The notes below the pieces were generated by a model. It saw nothing but the letters and a program-made list of their open reading frames with translations. It made no database searches and was not told where the DNA came from. Positions 8,243 through 17,232 of a stretch of DNA of 33,174 bases are shown here, piece by piece (the first letter of the stretch is position 1; each line of letters begins with the position of its first letter). The stretch lies in NCBI GenBank assembly GCA_003135595.1, contig PLCI01000051.1:1476-34649 (forward strand). Direction: 5' to 3'. Source of the DNA: Acidimicrobiaceae bacterium. Its GTDB lineage: Bacteria; Actinomycetota; Acidimicrobiia; Acidimicrobiales; RAAP-2. The position numbers and the translations under genes were made by a program.

Positions 8243-8267
8243 GGTGCCGGGATCGAGATCCGGGCGG
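8243..8267 (+). repeat. Direct repeat of the tRNA-Lys 3' half (24/25 nt identical to 8047-8071); att-site-like scar
   Basis: GGTGCCGGGATCGAGATCCGGGCGG compared with GGTGCCGGGATCGAGACCCGGGCGG. Weaker similarity extends about 8 nt further 5'. No matching acceptor 5' strand lies upstream, so this is not a second tRNA. Confidence 0.6.
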
Positions 8268-8328
8268 TTTCCTATGCGCCAGTTGAAGTCTTGGGCCGCG
8301 CCGGCGAATCTGGACGTACCTTTCACGC

Positions 8329-10097
8329 ATGCTCCGCGGCGTCGTCCCGAAATTCCTGGTCGCTACCGCGATGGGCGCGATGGTGCTTCTTGGAGCCAGC
8401 GAATTTGCCTCGGCCGAGCCTGGTTTCTCACCGGTCCAGGTAATGCCAAAACCTCCAGGATTTCCTGGCTGGGGCTCTTTGTCCTGCGCGTCGGCGACGT
8501 CCTGCACCGCGGTGGCCGGCCCGGGAGCAGCAGGCGTCTTGATGGCGGTCACCGAGTCGTTGGGCACGTGGGGGGCACCGGTGACGGTCGCGCTTCCGCC
8601 AGGCGATGTCACTGGAGGATTGAACGACGTCTCGTGTCCGTCGGTTGGCGACTGCGTTGCTGTTGGTTACGCAGTGTCGACTCTCGGTGCAACACAGCCA
8701 TTGATCGTGTCCGAAGTATCCGGGACGTGGGGAACGCCGATTATTGCAGCGCCACCCCCGGGTGCACCGACAGGTGCCCAGGAACTCGCCGAGCATTCGG
8801 GTGTGGCGTGCAGCTCGGTCGGTAACTGCACGGCGGTTGGGTCATATCGAGGCGCCGACAGCAACGGACATCCCATGGTCGAGGTTGAGTCCTCCGGAAG
8901 CTGGGGTGCGACGCTGTCCCTCCCCGCCGCCACCGGCTCGAGCCAGCTGCCGCGCGTCTCGTGCACGTCGCCGGGCAACTGCACCGTCGTCGCCGAAACG
9001 AACTCGTGGACGGAGACGGCAGGGACATGGGGGACACCAACCCTGATCGCGCCATCTCCCGGGACCCCCTACTCGGTCTTCTTCGCGGCTGACGTCGCTT
9101 GCCCGAGCGCAACAACCTGCATAGCCGTAGGTCACGTGAGCAGCGATCGGAACTGGCAACCGGCCGTCGTGACCGCCACGTCCGGGACGTGGGGCTCGCT
9201 CAGCCTCCTTTCGACGCCGATCCTCTCGCCGGACACCGGCGTGTCCGGTCTCGGTGCCATTTCGTGTCAGGCGACCGTGTGCGTGGCAGTCGGATCCGCC
9301 TCGAACGACTTCGGCCCTAATCAGCAGGACTATCCGATCGCCGTGACCTGGTCGAGCGGACGTGGAGTTCGATGGGACTGGAGGACGTCGACCCGGCTGG
9401 AGCGGGCCAGAGAGACGGATCGTTCCCCACTTCCGTGGCGTGCACCTCAGCGACACAGTGCCTCACCATCGGTCTTGCCGGCGTCTACACGTGGTCAGGG
9501 GGGCCATTCGGGGTGTATGAGTACTCGGCGGTCATCACGCCCGTGCGACCGGTCATCGCGCCCGGTCCTCCTGCTGCCGTCGGGGCGGTGCCGACACTTG
9601 GTGGTGCAAGGGTCTCGACCTCGCCACCTGAAGACGACGGAGGCTTGCCGATCACGTCGTTTACCACGACCGCCGCTCCCGGCGGTCAATCGTGCACCTC
9701 TGCACTTGATGAGTGCAACATCACAGGGCTCGTGAACGGCCGGCAGTACGTCGTGACCGCCACGGTCAGCAACGGGTTCGCCTCGTCACCACGCGTCGTC
9801 TCGACCGCATTCGTCGTCGGCGCGGTTCCCACTGTCCCCACACTCCTCCGCGTCGCTCTTGTGGGTGACACCGCTGCCATTAGCTGGCGCGCTTCTAGCT
9901 CGCCTGCAGGTGAGCCCATACACCGCTACATCGTCCAAGCTCGGGACAATCGAGGTGGGCGCCGTGAGTGTGCGACGAGGTTGGACTCCTGCCCCATTGG
10001 AGGCCTCGTGAAGGGCCACAGGTACATGGTCTCTGTTTCCGCGATCGACGCGAGCGGCGCGTCACCTCTAGCGAGGATCCAATTCATCGCAAGTTGA
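8329..10097 (+). pseudogene. Secreted Cys-pair-repeat protein with two C-terminal FN3-like domains, interrupted by an apparent 1-nt deletion near 9358-9360 (split into ORFs 8329..9735 and 9372..10097)
   Basis: A signal peptide is followed by seven units of the form SCxSxxxCxAVG...SGTWG. After AVTWSSG (about 9358) frame 1 turns into Arg-rich nonsense. The repeat pattern continues in the frame of ORF 9372 (open from 9321): TWSSMGLEDVD...SVACTSATQCLTIG. Inserting one base in the Gly codon at 9356-9358 joins them as ...AVTWSSGTWSSMGLEDVD... Confidence 0.7.
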
Positions 10098-10241
10098 AGG
10101 GCGGACCCCAGAAGCCTTCTCAGACCGTTTCGGGAGAGGGACCGCCGTCCCTGAGCTCGACGGTTGCGCCGTCTGCGCGTCTGTATCGGATAACCCGACA
10201 TCCCCAGATCCGAGCGTTCGTAGCCAATCTTGATGATCGAG

Positions 10242-10865
10242 CTACTCGATGCCGTGCTCGAGCGCGTACCGGATGAGCTCGTTGCGCCTCGTCAGGTGCA
10301 GCTTGCCCAGGATGTTGCGAACGTGGTTCTCGACGGTCTTCTCCGAGATGAAGAGCGCTTCACCGACCTCTCGATACGAGTGACCTCTGGCGACGAGCTG
10401 CAGCACCTCGCGCTCGCGCTCGGAGAGCGCTCCGGCGTCCTTGCGCATCTTCGCGATCCGTCGGAACTCCGTGAGCACGAGCGCGGCCAGCGCCGGGGAG
10501 AAGACCGGCTCGCCGCGCGCCGCCGCGACGAGGGAGGCACGCAGCTCGTCCGAGGGCGTCGACTTGACAAGGTACCCGATCGCGCCTGCCGCGACGGCGT
10601 CGAGCAGGTCGCGCTCTGCCTCGGACACCGTGAGGATGACGACCGGCGTTGACGGGGCGCATGCCTGGACCACCGCGATGCCACCGCCTTCGGGCATCCG
10701 GAGGTCGCACAGCACCAGGTCCGGCTTGAACTCCTGGACCGCTGCGATCGCGTCACGTGCGTTGGTCGCCGTTGCCACGACCTCGAACCGTTCGCCGAGC
10801 TCCTGGGTGACGCCCCGAAGCCAGATCGGGTGGTCGTCGGCCACCACCACGCGGATCACGCCCAC
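10242..10865 (-). CDS. NarL/LuxR-family response regulator
   Basis: Receiver domain (VVVADDHP ... DLVLCDLRMP) plus LuxR HTH (LSEREREVLQLVARGHSYREVGEALFISEKTVENHV). GTG 10865 is used. The alternative GTG 10859 gives a 4-nt GTGA overlap with the kinase stop. Confidence 0.9.
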   Translation of the reverse strand: MGVIRVVVADDHPIWLRGVTQELGERFEVVATATNARDAIAAVQEFKPDLVLCDLRMPEGGGIAVVQACAPSTPVVILTVSEAERDLLDAVAAGAIGYLVKSTPSDELRASLVAAARGEPVFSPALAALVLTEFRRIAKMRKDAGALSEREREVLQLVARGHSYREVGEALFISEKTVENHVRNILGKLHLTRRNELIRYALEHGIE

Positions 10866-11977
10866 AGTCTCACCTCGACACCCATGCCGTCTCGAGCCAC
10901 AAGCTCGACTCGGCCGTCGATCTCCCTGGCGCGCCCTCGAATGGAGCTCGTCAGGCCAAGTCCTTCACGCACGGACTCCACGTCGAAGCCGACCCCGTCG
11001 TCCTTGACCGAACAGAAGAGCCCCTTTCTGCCGAACGGCTCGACGAAAACCGTCACTTTCGCAGCACGTGCGTGCTTGCCGACGTTGGCGAGCGCCTCGG
11101 AGATCACGCCGAGCACCACGTCGGCTCGGTGCGCCGGCAGCGACGGGGTGTCATCAGCAACGAGGACCGTCGCACGCGTCGAGGTGTGGCGCAACTGCTT
11201 GCTCACCAGCTGCTGGATCGAGGACCGAAGCTCGCCGGCGTCAACGCGCTGTCGGCGCGATCCAGATCCGGGGAGACCCGCCTGGCCGTGGCCGATGCCC
11301 GCCAGGAACGCCCGGAGGTCGCGCTCCTGCTCCTTGGCGAGCGCGGCGAGGTCGGGATCGCCGCTCCGTCGCTCGATCACGGCCAGGGTCTGCAGCACGC
11401 CGTCGTGCAGCGTGCGGCTGACCTCGTCGCGCGCGCGGGATCTCGAGAGCGTCTCGTCATAGGCGTGGATCACTCGAACCGCGGACCCGGTTGCGACGCC
11501 GTAGACCGCGTAGAGCACGAAGGACGTGATGACCGCGAGGACGGCGCTCGAGTGGAGCGAGACGCCGTTGAGCGGAGCGGCGAGGGTGTGCGCCGCACCC
11601 ATGACCGAGCCGGCTGCGAGGCCGAGCCACGGGCCCAGCGCGACGCCCGCGCTCAGCACCCCAGCGATCGGCCACGAGCCCGCGAGACCTGCCTGCGTCG
11701 AGCCAACGTGGCCGGTCCGGAACACGAGTCCGTCAAAGAGCAGCAGCAGCGCCCCGAGGAGCACCTCGCCGCCGACGACGGGGACGCTCGTGAGCGCCGC
11801 GGGCTGAGCGACGTTCAGCCACGTGATGAGCACGGTTGCGCCGGTCGTCAGGCCGACCAGCACCGACGCGACGACGGTCATCTTCAGGGAGCCGCGCTCG
11901 GTCACGAGCGTTCCGATGACGATCGCCAGCGCGACGAGCCGGAAGATCGCGATCCCGCGAAGGAGTCCGCTCGTCAT
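10856..11977 (-). CDS. Sensor histidine kinase, HisKA_3/NarL-partner type, with a 5-TM N-terminal domain (MacS-like by resemblance)
   Basis: ATG 11977 has GGGAGA 10 nt upstream. H-box SRTLHDGVLQTLAVI. HATPase motifs EALANVGKHA, KDDGVGF and GLGL. The remainder of ORF 10856..13501 upstream of 11977 is Arg-rich and overlaps the next gene out of frame. Confidence 0.85.
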   Translation of the reverse strand: MTSGLLRGIAIFRLVALAIVIGTLVTERGSLKMTVVASVLVGLTTGATVLITWLNVAQPAALTSVPVVGGEVLLGALLLLFDGLVFRTGHVGSTQAGLAGSWPIAGVLSAGVALGPWLGLAAGSVMGAAHTLAAPLNGVSLHSSAVLAVITSFVLYAVYGVATGSAVRVIHAYDETLSRSRARDEVSRTLHDGVLQTLAVIERRSGDPDLAALAKEQERDLRAFLAGIGHGQAGLPGSGSRRQRVDAGELRSSIQQLVSKQLRHTSTRATVLVADDTPSLPAHRADVVLGVISEALANVGKHARAAKVTVFVEPFGRKGLFCSVKDDGVGFDVESVREGLGLTSSIRGRAREIDGRVELVARDGMGVEVRLWA

Positions 11978-12039
11978 CGTGGAAGTCTCCCACTGCGTCT
12001 GCAACGTGCTGGAGACGACCGACTCGCCACGCGCGTTCG

Positions 12040-14844
12040 TCACCCGAAGCGGTGAAAGTGCTCGAGGAGCCTCCTCGCCATATCGATCCGGCGCTCTGCG
12101 GTCGCGCCGAGCCACAGCAGCACAGCCCCCGCGATCCCCGCGAGGAGCCACGTCGGCAGTCCCCTGACCACCGGGAAGGCGACGTGCACGGCGACGACGA
12201 CGAGACTCGCGATGCCAAGTGCGAGCGGAGCCTGCAGACGCCACCTCGAGCCGGCGGCGACGGCGAGCACGTCGAGCACGGTGACGCACGCGAGGCGTGC
12301 GGCACTCCCATGCGAGATCGCAAGTGCCGTGCTCGGTACAAGCCCAAGCAGCAACCCTGGGCCGTAGGCGGGCCACGATGTCGCGGCGCCTTCGAGGCGA
12401 CTCGTGCGCCGCGCGACCGCACCGATCCCGACGAGCACGGCGGCCGACGGCCAGGTGTAGGCCTCGACCAGTCGGACGTGCGCCGTGGCGAGCCAACAGC
12501 ACGTCGCGACGGCCGCAAGGAGCGCCGCGGCGTAGCGGTAGCTCACTCGGCCCGGTCGGATCGAAGCGAGGGAGAGCGCGAGGACTGCGATGGTCGCGTC
12601 GAGCGCGCGTGCAGACCACGCCGAGGTGATCAAGTGTGACCACGCGGGCAACGCGATCCCAGCGAGGGCGACGCCCTCGGCGATCGCACGCGACCTCGAT
12701 GTCGCGCCGGTCCCTGAGATCCAGGGCTCTCGGCTGAGCACGAGAAGGACCGACGCTGCGACGACGACGGCTGTCCCTGTCGCTTCCGTCGAAGCGTGCA
12801 GGATCGCACCCTCGCAACCAACGAGGGCCAGGGTCACGACGAGTGCCGCGACTCGGCCAACCTCGCCGAGGATGGCGCTCCGAGACGACACGGCAACGAC
12901 GACCGCCCAGGAGAGCACGACGCCGAGGCCGAGGGCGGTGGCTTCCGCCGTCGCGGCGCACCAGCCGAGACCCGAGATGCCGACGACCCCCGCCATCGCG
13001 GCCGGCACGATCGACGCAAGTTGCTTGCATGGCCCCCGCGCTCCGACAGCGCTGAGAGCGGTGAGCACCGAGCCGGCGACCAGATCGACCACGATGGCGC
13101 CGCCGATGTGGAGGTGAAAGGCGAACGGAGCATCGACGATGGTGGCGACGACGGTCGTGGCGAGAGCTGCCAGCACGGGGCGCATCGGGAGCCGACGGCC
13201 GCGCGGGACCAGACAGAGGACGAGGATCGCTGCCAGCACGCCGAGCTGAGCGATCGACAGAGCCGTGGGTCGCAGCGCCAGGGTCCCGGCGACCACGACG
13301 TGGTTGCTCGGGAGCGACAGGGAGCCGGTCCATCGAGCCCGCCACCACTCGAGGGGTGCGAGGAGCGCGACCACGGAGGCTGCCAGCTCGACGATCACGC
13401 CGGTACCCGCCGTCCCAAGTGCGAGCACTCGAAGCTCGCGCGACGCGGCGCGGTCGAACCAGCTCAGCACGACGACGACGAGCGTGGTTGCGGCGAGGCA
13501 TGCCGTGACCTGCCAGGAGCCGCGCGTGGCGAGTGCCGCTGCAGTGGTGCCGACGGATCCAACGACGACCGTGGCCCCGGCCACCGCACGGATGGCCCTG
13601 CGGTCAGGCGCCGGGACGCGCGCGCCAGCAAGCAAGAAGACCACGGCGACTCCCACGGCAGCAGCGCCCATCCAGTCTGTTGGGATCGGCGCCGACAGCG
13701 CGAAGAGGATCGCGCCTGTGACCGACACCGTCGCGGCGGCGGTCAGAGGGACGACGGCGCGCTTCTGCCACCCGAACAGCAGTCGAGTCGTGAGCGGCGC
13801 GGCCGCAGTCGTCGTGACGGCCAGCGCGGCGAGGGCGGTCGCCGCGCCGTGCGTTCCTGCGAAGAGAAGCGCCACACATGCGAAGTAGCCCCACAACGTG
13901 AGCATGCATGCCCCGCCAAGCAGGATCTGCGCGCTCAGCCTCCAGGTCGCTCGACGCCAGGCACATCTCGCCACGACAATGTCCAGCACCGCGATCGAGG
14001 CAAGCGTCGGGACGTGCCACGTTGGTTGCGCGCCGCGTGCCGCGAAGGCTGGTGTGGCGAGTGACACCAGCAGCGGCACCACCACGAGGAAGGCAAGCGC
14101 CGACGCGACGCGGCCCACCACGAGCCGGACCGAGCCCATGACCAAGCCCAGGGCTCCGACCGCCAGCGCCCCGATCGTCCACCAGGCTTCGGGCGAGAGT
14201 GACGTGCCGACGCCGGCGCGACGGAAGAGCGCCCAGTCGATGGCCGCCATTGCCAGGCCGACGGACCCGATTGCCTCGGCCGTCATGGGCAGTCGCCTGC
14301 GGGCAACCAGTGCGGCTCCAAGGACCACCAGCGTCACCGCGCTCAGGACGACCGCACGACCGCCGGGTCCGAGGTGCGTCCACTCGTAGCCACCGAATCC
14401 AAGCGCCGAGAAGGCGAGCAGTATGGCGCCGGTCCAGAGCAGGAAGTTTCTCGCGCTTGAGATCGACACTTCGGTCGATGCGTTCCGAGGGAGTCGCTGT
14501 GAACGAACCGCGTCGATGCCGTCACTGACACGATCCCCGTCGTGCACGGTAGTTGCGGCGTCGCCTCGAGCATGGAGTGAGGCTGCCGTGATCAGCCGCT
14601 CGCGCTCGTCGGACAGCCACCGCAGTTCGTGCTGGATGCGCTCCTGGTCGTGATGCAACCGCCACTGGCGACTCGCATTCATGCGAAGTTGTTGCGCCTC
14701 TGATCCGTTGAGCAGGATGCCGCAGGACCCGCAGTAGACGTGCCGTGGATCCCTGTCCCTGCCGCACGCGGGGCACCCGGTCGGGGTTGCTGAAGTCGAG
14801 ATGGGGACGTCTGAAGGTGGGTTGTAGGACATCTCTCGCAGCAT
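12040..14844 (-). CDS. 934-aa polytopic membrane protein with N-terminal cytoplasmic zinc ribbon
   Basis: Zinc ribbon CPACG-x11-CGSCG, then a charged helical segment (RQWRLHHDQERIQHELRWLSDERERLI), then more than 20 hydrophobic segments. GC3-rich single long frame. ATG 14844 is used and ATG 14832 is an alternative. The stop lies 62 nt upstream of the kinase start. Confidence 0.8.
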   Translation of the reverse strand: MLREMSYNPPSDVPISTSATPTGCPACGRDRDPRHVYCGSCGILLNGSEAQQLRMNASRQWRLHHDQERIQHELRWLSDERERLITAASLHARGDAATTVHDGDRVSDGIDAVRSQRLPRNASTEVSISSARNFLLWTGAILLAFSALGFGGYEWTHLGPGGRAVVLSAVTLVVLGAALVARRRLPMTAEAIGSVGLAMAAIDWALFRRAGVGTSLSPEAWWTIGALAVGALGLVMGSVRLVVGRVASALAFLVVVPLLVSLATPAFAARGAQPTWHVPTLASIAVLDIVVARCAWRRATWRLSAQILLGGACMLTLWGYFACVALLFAGTHGAATALAALAVTTTAAAPLTTRLLFGWQKRAVVPLTAAATVSVTGAILFALSAPIPTDWMGAAAVGVAVVFLLAGARVPAPDRRAIRAVAGATVVVGSVGTTAAALATRGSWQVTACLAATTLVVVVLSWFDRAASRELRVLALGTAGTGVIVELAASVVALLAPLEWWRARWTGSLSLPSNHVVVAGTLALRPTALSIAQLGVLAAILVLCLVPRGRRLPMRPVLAALATTVVATIVDAPFAFHLHIGGAIVVDLVAGSVLTALSAVGARGPCKQLASIVPAAMAGVVGISGLGWCAATAEATALGLGVVLSWAVVVAVSSRSAILGEVGRVAALVVTLALVGCEGAILHASTEATGTAVVVAASVLLVLSREPWISGTGATSRSRAIAEGVALAGIALPAWSHLITSAWSARALDATIAVLALSLASIRPGRVSYRYAAALLAAVATCCWLATAHVRLVEAYTWPSAAVLVGIGAVARRTSRLEGAATSWPAYGPGLLLGLVPSTALAISHGSAARLACVTVLDVLAVAAGSRWRLQAPLALGIASLVVVAVHVAFPVVRGLPTWLLAGIAGAVLLWLGATAERRIDMARRLLEHFHRFG

Positions 14845-15124
14845 CCCGTCGAGTGCCGTGACTTACCATCGGCGATTGCCCTCACTCTGGGCTGGGGGAG
14901 CCCCAAATCGCTTGGAACCCCACTCGTCAATGACCGCTGCCACACCGCCTGTGCGCAGCGTGGACAGGCGGCGTCGGGTCAGCGAATTGTGCCCCGCTCC
15001 TCCGACCGCTCAGCCTGGCGACATCTGCGCACGGCTCGAAGGTCGATCTCGAGGAACTCGTCGCCATCCTCGAGGGCGATCCATCCCACGGTGGCGGGCG
15101 AATCGACCATCGCACGTACTCGAC

Positions 15125-15157
15125 ATCTTGTGCCTACAAGATTTGTGGCCAACTTGT
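15125..15157. promoter_or_regulatory. AT-rich operator-like cluster: ATCTTGT-gcct-ACAAGAT perfect inverted repeat followed by a further CTTGT arm
   Basis: Read directly. 7-bp arms at 15125-15131 and 15136-15142. ACAAG (15136-40) also pairs with CTTGT (15153-57). It lies in the 385-nt gap upstream of the giant-membrane/kinase/regulator operon. Confidence 0.35.
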
Positions 15158-15229
15158 ATGGCGTATTGGGAGATGAGTGCAGCCCTGGGACTCGAGCCCT
15201 AAGCGCTGCCCGAACTCAGGCCCGGGAAG

Positions 15230-15682
15230 TCACGTCCGCGAGGGGTAACACGCGCCCGACTTCCCCTCGGGCAGGTACGAGGCGGCTAGGCGGATGACCG
15301 GGCACGTGGCTCGGTACGTGGTCCCACCCACCTCGATCAGTCCGGGCACGGGGCAGAGCACCGCCGTCGCCGTCCACGTGGTGCCCTGCGCTGCGCTCGG
15401 CGCGATCACGAGCTTGAACAGCATCTGGTTCTCCTCGCACTGCCCGCGCGGGACGACCTCGAGCGCCTCGATCTCCCGCTTGAGCGCCGCGCCATTTGCG
15501 GCGGTCAGCTTGGTGGACGTCGCGACGCCGGTCTCGTTCGAAGGCGACGTCTGGCTGTAGCCGGTGAGCGTCGCCACAACAGCGCGCGGCAGCGTCGTCG
15601 CGGGTCCGGCGCCGCAGCCCGCCAGGAGCGCCGCGGCGACGAGCACGCCGGCGACGCTCAACGATCGGAGTCCGAGTCGCAT
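15230..15682 (-). CDS. Lipoprotein, function unknown
   Basis: ATG 15682 is preceded by GGAAGG. Signal peptide with lipobox (VLVAAALLAGC). The mature part contains 4 further Cys. The ORF portion upstream of 15682 looks non-coding. Confidence 0.8.
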   Translation of the reverse strand: MRLGLRSLSVAGVLVAAALLAGCGAGPATTLPRAVVATLTGYSQTSPSNETGVATSTKLTAANGAALKREIEALEVVPRGQCEENQMLFKLVIAPSAAQGTTWTATAVLCPVPGLIEVGGTTYRATCPVIRLAASYLPEGKSGACYPSRT

Positions 15683-16169
15683 GTGAACCTTCCTGTCCTG
15701 CCGAGCCTCGGCGTGTCGGTCACTCCCTTTCCCACAGACGCGAGAACTTTCCGGCCGCGTAGCCGGTCCCTGTACTGGGAAGCAGGGGTCGCGACCCAGC
15801 CGTCTGCGGCACCTCGACGCGCAACTCTTGCAGCCTGGAGCTGCGAATGCACGTGGCGCGAGCGATCGAACGCACTCGACCCGCAGACGCCGTCTTGATG
15901 TACGAACCCGAGTTCGCCTCATCGATCGCAAGAAGCGAAGTGGCTACGAAGCCGAGGTCGTGCTCCTTGAGCGCGTGCGCCGTCTCTACGGCGAGGCCAA
16001 CGATCTACAGGGCCGGGATCGCCATTTCGCTTCGCTCGTCGTCGCGCACCGAGCGAGGCGATCCTTGATGGCACTACTTCAAAGATCGCGGAAACCTCGC
16101 CACATTGAGCCGATCCGTGTCCGGATTCAGCGGTGTGCGTGGCGATTGTGCACGCCATTCCCCGGCGAC

Positions 16170-16331
16170 TCACGACACTCTCGGTACCCGGACCATCAGC
16201 GTGTACGGATCCATCGGCGACTGCAGGAAGCCACAGTGCTGATAGAAGGATCGGGCCGCATCGTCCTTTGCGTGGACAAGCACGAGTCGTACGCCGACGG
16301 ATTCGCCGACCTCTCGGGCGCTACACGTAGG
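16170..16331 (-). pseudogene. 3' fragment of a GNAT-family toxin-type N-acetyltransferase gene (TacT/KacT-like C-terminus), no start codon, N-terminal ~2/3 missing
   Basis: Minus-strand translation is ...AREVGESVGVRLVLVHAKDDAARSFYQHCGFLQSPMDPYTLMVRVPRVS*. This matches the C-terminal pattern LVxAxDDxAxxFYxxxGFxxxPxxPxxLxL of DUF1778-associated GNAT toxins. The frame is closed by TGA at 16332-16334. Confidence 0.5.
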
Positions 16332-16392
16332 TCAATTCCCGGACAGTTGGGGGTCCCTTGCGAAACGAACCCAGTAGCGACAAGGAGACGCC

Positions 16393-17199
16393 ATGAGCGA
16401 CCAGATGCCCCGAGATGCCGCCGAGCAGCCTGAGCGAGGTCGGCCGACAGCGCCACCACCACACCGACAGAGACCACAGGCGAGTGCCGCGGTCGCCTTA
16501 GGTGCCGTAGGTGCGCTCGCTATCGCCGCGATCGGCGTCGGCGCCTATGCCATCGGCCATCAGGGTGCCGCTCATCCCGGCACGATCCGCGTGAATGCAA
16601 TTGCGACCCGTCAGATTGCTCCGAATACCGTCAGCTTCACTGTCGGGATCCGCGCGAGGGGAGCCGATGCCGCGAAAGCCCTGCACCTCGACGACCAGCG
16701 CGTTGCCCTGCTCATCAAGGAGTTGCAGGCGATCGGCGTGCCGCCAACGGGTGTGCAGACCGTCAACATCTCGGTGAACCCCGAATACGCCAGCGGTGGC
16801 GGCATTGCGGACTACACGGCGACCAATCAAGTCACCGTGACGATGCACGAGCTCTCGCTCGCGTCCAGGGCAATCTCGACGTCCTTCACCGTCGGGGGCA
16901 ACGGCGTGCAGTTCACGGGGCCCACCTTTTCGATCACAGGCGACAGCGAAATCTATGCCCAGGTGCGCGTCCAGGCGGCACGCAACGCGAGGGATAAAGC
17001 GGTCGAGCTTTCCCAGGGTGCTGGCGGGTCGGTGGGTGCCGTTGTCGCGATCAGCGAGCAGGAGAACGCTCCGGCACCGAGCTATCCCCTCTACTTCGAC
17101 CGCGCCCTCAACAAAGCCCAGGCGTTGCCAAGCGTGCCAGTCAGAGCAGGCACACAGCAGATCAGCGTCTCGGTGAGCGTGACCTTCGCGCTCGGCTGA
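16393..17199 (+). CDS. SIMPL-domain (DUF541 / BP26-like) envelope protein
   Basis: ATG 16393 lies 5 nt after AAGGAG. An N-terminal TM/signal anchor is present (AAVALGAVGALAIAAIGVGAYAI). SIMPL-like core and ending (...AGTQQISVSVSVTFAL). Confidence 0.8.
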   Translation: MSDQMPRDAAEQPERGRPTAPPPHRQRPQASAAVALGAVGALAIAAIGVGAYAIGHQGAAHPGTIRVNAIATRQIAPNTVSFTVGIRARGADAAKALHLDDQRVALLIKELQAIGVPPTGVQTVNISVNPEYASGGGIADYTATNQVTVTMHELSLASRAISTSFTVGGNGVQFTGPTFSITGDSEIYAQVRVQAARNARDKAVELSQGAGGSVGAVVAISEQENAPAPSYPLYFDRALNKAQALPSVPVRAGTQQISVSVSVTFALG

Positions 17200-17232
17200 A
17201 GTCCGGAGCGTCTTCCTACGACCGTCGGCACC

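Noticed and set aside
8190-8275. Possible second tRNA gene around the duplicated T-arm.
   Set aside because: No 5' acceptor strand complementary to GCGGTTT, and no D-arm or anticodon arm, can be formed upstream. It is only a partial 3' copy.
9340-9375. Programmed ribosomal frameshift as an explanation for the split repeat protein.
   Set aside because: There is no slippery heptamer, homopolymer or obvious downstream structure at the junction. A mutation or a sequencing error is more parsimonious.
11978-13501. N-terminal 500-aa extension of the kinase ORF (10856..13501).
   Set aside because: The extension is Arg-rich nonsense and overlaps the 934-aa membrane protein gene in another frame. A good ATG with GGGAGA at 11977 starts the recognisable kinase.
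15828-16433. ORFs 15828..16433 (+) and 21852..22613 (+) as real genes.
   Set aside because: Both give Arg/His-rich products without motifs. Both run through better-supported features in other frames or on the other strand (the GNAT fragment and SIMPL start; the lipoprotein gene).
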